From Acidobacteriota bacterium (GTDB lineage Bacteria > Acidobacteriota > JAAYUB01), in assembly GCA_018001935.1 (NCBI GenBank), contig JAGNHB010000017.1, positions 784 to 64,783 of the forward strand: a DNA stretch of 64,000 bases, read 5' to 3'. Below the pieces are notes generated by a model that was given only the letters and a program-made list of their open reading frames with translations, had not been told where the DNA came from and made no database searches. Of the stretch, positions 59,734-64,000 are shown one piece after another (the first letter of the stretch is position 1; the number at the start of each line of letters is the position of its first letter). A program made the position numbers and the translations under genes.

Positions 59734-60231
59734 GTGTGGGACGTCCGGTCGGGGTTGACGGTGACCGGGCCGTTGGGCGGGTCCGCGGAAAGTGCCGCGG
59801 ACCCGCACGGGGCGGGAAAGGTGTACGACGAGCTGATGGAGTGGGCCGACGGCCCGGCCGGGCCGAACCTGATGACCGTGGGGTACGACGGGTACGTCAG
59901 GGCCTGGGAGCTCGGGCTCGGCCTGCGCAACCCCCCCGGCTGGGTCCTGGACCTGGCCGAGGCGGTCACGGGGCTGCGGCTGGACGAAACCGCCTATCCG
60001 TTGCAGATGCCGGCCGCCGAGGTGTGGGAGCGGATCCGGCGGGCCCGGGAGGAGGCGGCGCGCGGGGACCCGAAGGACCCCTGGGTCCGCTGGCTGCGCT
60101 GGTTCCTGGCGGACCGCGACACCCGGACCCTCTCGCCCTTCTCGGACGTCACGCCGGCGCAGTACCGCGACCTCCACCCGAACCCGGCGCCGGCCCCGAA
60201 GACCCCTGCCCCGCCGGGTGCCGGGCCCTGA
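59734..60231 (+). pseudogene. Orphan fragment homologous to the last WD repeat + C-terminal ~90 aa of the 55262..59191 protein
   Basis: WELGLGLRNPPGWVLDLAEAVTGLRLDE...DPKDPWVRWLRWFLADRDTRTLSPFSDVTPAQYRDLHP aligns to ...WDLGLGLRNPPDWFLSLAEGLAGLRLDD...DPTDPWIHWARWFLADCDTRTVSPSSDATAAQYRALHPR. There is no start context, and the frame is open upstream into low-GC DNA. Confidence 0.6.
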
Positions 60232-60268
60232 CCCTCTGAAGGTTCGGAGTAAAAGCGGTTGTTATTAA

Positions 60269-60565
60269 TTTCCCCCGCGCGCCGCAGGGTCCTCACCCCG
60301 TCAGGTTAAATGTTGGTATTAAAAGAGGTTATTTTTCATTCCCCCCGCGCGCCGCCGGGGGTTTACCATACTCCGGAGCGCCCTCCCGGCCGGCGGCGCG
60401 CGGGGGAGGAGAATATTTATAACTGCCTTTTCTACAAATATTTCACCCCTGACGGGGTGAAGACGCGGCGGGCACGATCCCGGCGGGTCGAGGGCATGGC
60501 GGGCACGATCCACACGGGGCGAGAACGCGGCGGGCACGATCCCGACAGAGTGGGGACGCGGTGTA
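60269..60565. repeat. Composite repeat copy D: degenerate hairpin+TIR half copy, full GC palindrome, TIR ttctacaaatatttcacccctgacggggtga, ~4 tandem 30-bp units
   Basis: Same architecture as copies B and C. The tandem units are gacgcggcgggcacgatcccggcgggtcgagg and similar. Confidence 0.7.
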
Positions 60566-60656
60566 CACGACCCTGGCGGGGAAGAACGCCTTGCTCCCGC
60601 CACCTTCGGGGTGGGTTTGTTTTTGCGAGGCGTCGTTTCTTCCCCGGGGCGGGGAC

Positions 60657-60940
60657 GGAGGAGGGAATCCCGGCAGCGTCGTCCGGCATGCCCCGGGGCT
60701 AAAATGCCCCACTGGTGCTGATTCGGTTCCGGAATCGACGTATCCGGTCTCTAGCAAAGACGCAAAGCCTCGCAAAGGAATCCCCCTTTTCCGGTTCCGG
60801 CTTTGCGAGGCTTGGCGTCTTTGCGCCTTTGCGAGAGGTAAAGACCGCCTGTTTTTTTTCTGGAGCGTCCGGATGATCCGTGCCCATCCGTGTTCATCCG
60901 TGTTCATCCGTGGTTTCTCTCCGGTTTATCCGGGTTGGGA
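60657..60940. repeat. Repeat family E copy 2 (structured stem-loop + 10-bp direct repeats atccgtgNNc x4) upstream of the full-length AAA_14 ATPase
   Basis: It shares ggagggaatccc...gctaaaatgcccc...ccggaatcgacg...caaagcctcgcaaagg.atccccctttttccggttccggctttgcg...cgagagg...gaccgcctgttttttt...ctccggtttatccgggttggg with copy 1. Confidence 0.7.
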
Positions 60941-61057
60941 CGGCCTTTTCGGTGAGGATGGAATTCTAGCCGGACCTTCGTCGGAGCCAGGAAAAGCGAG
61001 GTCGGCTGCGCATGATAATTCTTGAACTGCACAAATAATCATGTTATTGTGCAGTTC

Positions 61058-62329
61058 ATGATCACTGATGCGATATATCAACACAGAATCGAACGGGACC
61101 GGAATCTCGCCGCTCCCACTGTTCCGAGAGAGTTACTCCGCGGTGCGCGGGCGGAGATGTCCAGTCCGCTGATCAAGGTCATCACGGGTCCGCGACGGGC
61201 CGGCAAGTCGGTTTTTGCGTTTCAACTGCTTGCCGGTCAGAATTTTGCTTACATCAACCTTGACGATGAACGCCTGGTCGGCCAGCGGGATTTCGACGAG
61301 ATCATGAAGGCCCTGGTGACGGTCTACGGCCCCGTCACTTCCCTGCTTTTCGACGAGATCCAGAATTTCCCCAGCTGGGAGTTGGTCGTGAACCGCCTTC
61401 ACCGGCAAGGGTATGCCATCGTCGTCACCGGCTCCAACGCCCACCTTCTCAGCCGCGAACTCGGCACCCATCTCACGGGACGGCATGTGGAATTCCGGAT
61501 TCTGCCGTTCTCTTTCCGGGAGTACTGTCTCGCCCGGGGAGAAACCGCAAGGCAGGGCATGCCCGATCCCGAAGCCGTGATGCTCCATCGCTTCGGCCAA
61601 TACCTCGAAACCGGCGGTTACCCCGAAGTCGTCATCGGGGGGGTACAGGCAAAGAGCTATCTCGCCACCCTTTTCGAAAGCGTCCTTTTCAAGGATGTTG
61701 TTAAGCGGTACCGGGTCAAATACCCGCGGAAACTCCATGAACTGGCTCTCTACCTCACCTCCAATCACTCCAGCGAGTACACGTTCAATGCCATCAGAGG
61801 GGCTCTTGGTTTCCGAAGTGTTCATACCGTGGAGAACTACACCGCCTACCTGGCGGAGTCATACCTCTTCTTTTCGGTGGAGCGTTACTCCCCGAAGCTT
61901 AAGGAGCTGTTCAAGGCTCCCCGAAAAGCGTATTCCATAGACCTCGGCCTGATCGATGCCGTCAAGTTCAAGAGTCTGCCGGACCGGGGCCGACTGCTGG
62001 AAAACCTGGTTGCCCTGGAACTGCTCCGCCGGGGAAACCGCTTCTATTCCTACAAATCCGCCGGCAGCAGGGAGTGCGACTTCGTCGTCCGCGAGGGGAA
62101 CACAACGGCCGAACTGATCCAGGTGGCTTATGAGACCCCTTCGCCCAAGACCTTCAAGCGTGAACTGACTGGCCTGGCCGCCGCGGCGAGGGACCTCTCC
62201 TGCGATCGCCTGACCTGTCTGACCTGGAACGAGACCTGGGAGCGGCGCATCGACCGGTGGAAAGTGAAGGCCCAACCGGTATGGCGGTGGTTGATGGAAA
62301 GCCGCGACACCGGTCCCCCTGAGGCCTGA
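61058..62329 (+). CDS. AAA_14/DUF4143-family ATPase (full length)
   Basis: Walker A ITGPRRAGKSV, Walker B LLFDEIQNF, and a C-terminal DUF4143-like region. Start taken at MITDAIYQ (61058). A 34-bp palindrome gaactgcacaaataatcatgttattgtgcagttc sits immediately upstream. The track start at 61022 lies inside the palindrome. Confidence 0.75.
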   Translation: MITDAIYQHRIERDRNLAAPTVPRELLRGARAEMSSPLIKVITGPRRAGKSVFAFQLLAGQNFAYINLDDERLVGQRDFDEIMKALVTVYGPVTSLLFDEIQNFPSWELVVNRLHRQGYAIVVTGSNAHLLSRELGTHLTGRHVEFRILPFSFREYCLARGETARQGMPDPEAVMLHRFGQYLETGGYPEVVIGGVQAKSYLATLFESVLFKDVVKRYRVKYPRKLHELALYLTSNHSSEYTFNAIRGALGFRSVHTVENYTAYLAESYLFFSVERYSPKLKELFKAPRKAYSIDLGLIDAVKFKSLPDRGRLLENLVALELLRRGNRFYSYKSAGSRECDFVVREGNTTAELIQVAYETPSPKTFKRELTGLAAAARDLSCDRLTCLTWNETWERRIDRWKVKAQPVWRWLMESRDTGPPEA

Positions 62330-62454
62330 TACGAACGCGGGGGACTCCTTCTGGATGGATGCCCTTTTTCTGGTATTTCCTCTCTTCGCTTCGCGGCGGT
62401 TCGCGGGATTCGCGGTCGGCAAAGGAAAGGTCGCGGGTTCGTCCAGGTCCCGGG

Positions 62455-63564
62455 TCAGAGGCGGGTATCGTCCAGGCAGCGGAGGGCTTCCGCGACGTCG
62501 GCGGCGATCCGGGTGCGGAGGGCGTCGAGAGACGGGAAGCGGACCTCGTCGCGCAACTTGCGGTAGAGGCGGACGACGAGGGCCTTCCCGTAGAGGTCCC
62601 CGTCGAAACCGGGCAGGTGGGCCTCGAACACCTTCTTGTGGTGGGGAACGCCCGGGATGGTGGGGCGGTGCCCGATGCTGACCACCGCCGGGAGCCACGG
62701 CGCCCCTTCCCCCGGAAACGCCGGGTTCGGCGCGAGCGGAGTGCCGGGAACGGGCCCGGCGGGAAAGCCCGTCGTCGCCCCGGCCCGGCTGACGTGGAAG
62801 GGCGAAGCGGCCAGACCGGCCGGGGCGGCCGGGGAGAGGACGGCTCCCTCCGGGCCCACGCCGGGAGAGACCCCGACGGCCACGCGCCCGGCGTAGACGC
62901 CCGGCGGCGGCAGGAGGGGGATGCGGGGCCTCAGGTTGGCCGTCGGGAACCCGAGGGAACGCCCGAGGTGAAGGCCCGGTTCCACGACGCCCGTGACGGC
63001 GTAGGGGCGCCCCAGCATCCGGGCGGCCTCCTCGAGCTTGCCGCCGGCGATCAGCGTCCGGATGCGGGTGCTGGACACCACGTGCCCCCCGACGCTCACC
63101 TTGGGGAGGACCACGGTCTCCCAGCCCAGCCGCACCCCCGTCTCCCGAACCAGCGCCAGGTCGCCCGCCCCGCCCTTTCCGAAACGGAACTTCTCCCCCA
63201 GCACCACGGCCCGGACGCCCAGGGCCTCCCCGAGGACGTCCGAGAGGAAGGTCCCGGCGCTCGTCCCGGCGAGGGCCTCGTCGAAGGGGAGGACCACGGC
63301 GCCGTCGACCCCCGAGGCGGCGATGAGGGCGAGGTTCTCGTCGGGGGCCTGCAGGGCGGGCGGGGCTTTCTTCGGGGCGAAGAGGCGGAGGGGGTGACGA
63401 TCGAAGGTCAGGACCACGGACGCGCCGCCATGCCGGGACGCCGCCCCGCGAACCGCCTCGAGGAGGGCCCGGTGACCGAGGTGGACCCCGTCGAAGATGC
63501 CGATGGTCACCGCGGGGGACCGGAAGGCTCCCCTCGCGGCGTCCGCCCCCCGGACCACCCTCAT
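62455..63564 (-). CDS. ribF: Bifunctional riboflavin kinase / FAD synthetase with a ~55-aa Pro/Gly/Ala-rich insertion in the kinase domain
   Basis: [14 protein letters not shown] marks the nucleotidyltransferase domain. The kinase motifs are GFPTANL, GVYAGRV and SIGHRPT...[13 protein letters not shown]. The start was trimmed to MRVVRG (63564). Confidence 0.85.
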   Translation of the reverse strand: MRVVRGADAARGAFRSPAVTIGIFDGVHLGHRALLEAVRGAASRHGGASVVLTFDRHPLRLFAPKKAPPALQAPDENLALIAASGVDGAVVLPFDEALAGTSAGTFLSDVLGEALGVRAVVLGEKFRFGKGGAGDLALVRETGVRLGWETVVLPKVSVGGHVVSSTRIRTLIAGGKLEEAARMLGRPYAVTGVVEPGLHLGRSLGFPTANLRPRIPLLPPPGVYAGRVAVGVSPGVGPEGAVLSPAAPAGLAASPFHVSRAGATTGFPAGPVPGTPLAPNPAFPGEGAPWLPAVVSIGHRPTIPGVPHHKKVFEAHLPGFDGDLYGKALVVRLYRKLRDEVRFPSLDALRTRIAADVAEALRCLDDTRL

Positions 63565-64000
63565 TCCGCCCCTCCCGGGGCCAGGTCCGGGGCGACGTCC
63601 GGCGGGCTCGCGTCCGATGCCCGGCGCCGCTGCAGGCGGGCCTTGATGAGTTCCATGTAGATGTAGAAGACAGGCGTCAGGTAGAGGGTGACCACCTGGG
63701 AGATGAGCAACCCGCCGACCACCACCAGGCCCAGGGGCCGTCGGGACTCCGCGCCGGCGCCCATCCCGAGAGCGATGGGCAGGGTCCCCATCAGGGCCGC
63801 CATGGTGGTCATCATGATGGGCCGGAACCGGATCAGGCAACCGTCCACGATGGCCTCCGCGGGCGGCTTCCCCTGCTTCCGCTGCGCCTCGAGGGCGAAG
63901 TCGATCATCATGATGGCGTTCTTCTTCACGATGCCGATGAGCATCACCATCCCCACCAGGCCGTACAGGTTCAGCTCGACCCGGAAGAGGAGCAGGATGA
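63561..64000 (-). CDS. RND-family efflux transporter permease, C-terminal end only (gene continues beyond window)
   Basis: The C-terminal TM segments read ...[50 protein letters not shown]..., typical of AcrB/CzcA. The reading frame is open to the window edge. Confidence 0.7.
   Translation of the reverse strand, partial: ILLLFRVELNLYGLVGMVMLIGIVKKNAIMMIDFALEAQRKQGKPPAEAIVDGCLIRFRPIMMTTMAALMGTLPIALGMGAGAESRRPLGLVVVGGLLISQVVTLYLTPVFYIYMELIKARLQRRRASDASPPDVAPDLAPGGAE

Noticed and set aside
62455-63840. 461-aa extended ribF ORF and 11953 start for FAAL, 2827 start for SNF2, 53302 start for the unknown gene, 61022 start for the ATPase
   Set aside because: The upstream extensions cover repeats, operators or promoter DNA and lack an RBS. 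Internal starts with Shine-Dalgarno sequences fit homologues better.

Overview
This is a high-GC (about 67%) bacterial chromosomal segment, with many spurious antisense ORFs in the six-frame track. Lineage is not certain. The tungsten-type aldehyde:ferredoxin oxidoreductase with a 4Fe-4S ferredoxin suggests an anaerobe, possibly a delta-proteobacterial or Acidobacteria-like lineage. The conserved backbone is: a GGDEF diguanylate cyclase (8.7-11.7 kb, minus); a FAAL-ACP-LpxL-like acyltransferase (12.2-15.1 kb); a minus-strand block of 7TMR-DISM histidine kinase, AOR, ferredoxin and glycogen phosphorylase (15.2-22.2 kb); an M16 peptidase pair (22.9-25.6 kb); a polyamine ABC transporter potA-potB-potCD (26.1-29.9 kb); vapBC; a flotillin-like SPFH protein; a metallophosphoesterase; the rpoC-rpoB-rplL-rplJ-rplA-rplK-nusG-secE-tRNATrp-rpmG-tuf-tRNA(Thr,Gly,Tyr,Thr) cluster (35.7-49.3 kb, minus); ribF; and the 3' end of an RND efflux pump. 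There are three accessory or unusual regions. (1) At the 5' end, a McrC-like PD-(D/E)XK nuclease (DUF2357/DUF524-like) is followed by an AT-rich promoter gap, an SNF2-family helicase and an Hsp70/actin-fold ATPase; the last two are separated by 21 bp. No sequence-only match to a named defence system could be made, so it is reported as a candidate. (2) A 50.2-62.3 kb island holds a Ser/Thr kinase with a C-terminal TIR-like domain, an unknown gene boxed in by inverted iteron-like repeats, a truncated and a full-length AAA_14/DUF4143 ATPase each with a palindromic operator at its start, a 1309-aa STAND NTPase-TM-WD40 protein, a 500-bp low-GC insert, and a duplicated C-terminal fragment of the STAND protein. 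The island is punctuated by two interspersed repeat families that appear novel. (3) Near-identical ~92-bp inverted repeats, which look like an sRNA/terminator unit, bracket the 4-kb GGDEF segment. Other noted items: a GC-hairpin + TIR + 30-bp tandem array composite element in 4 copies (not CRISPR), a 63-bp tandem hairpin array, inverted (GGTATC)n microsatellites, a double zinc-ribbon insertion in RpoB, a PotC-PotD fusion, and a low-complexity insertion in RibF.
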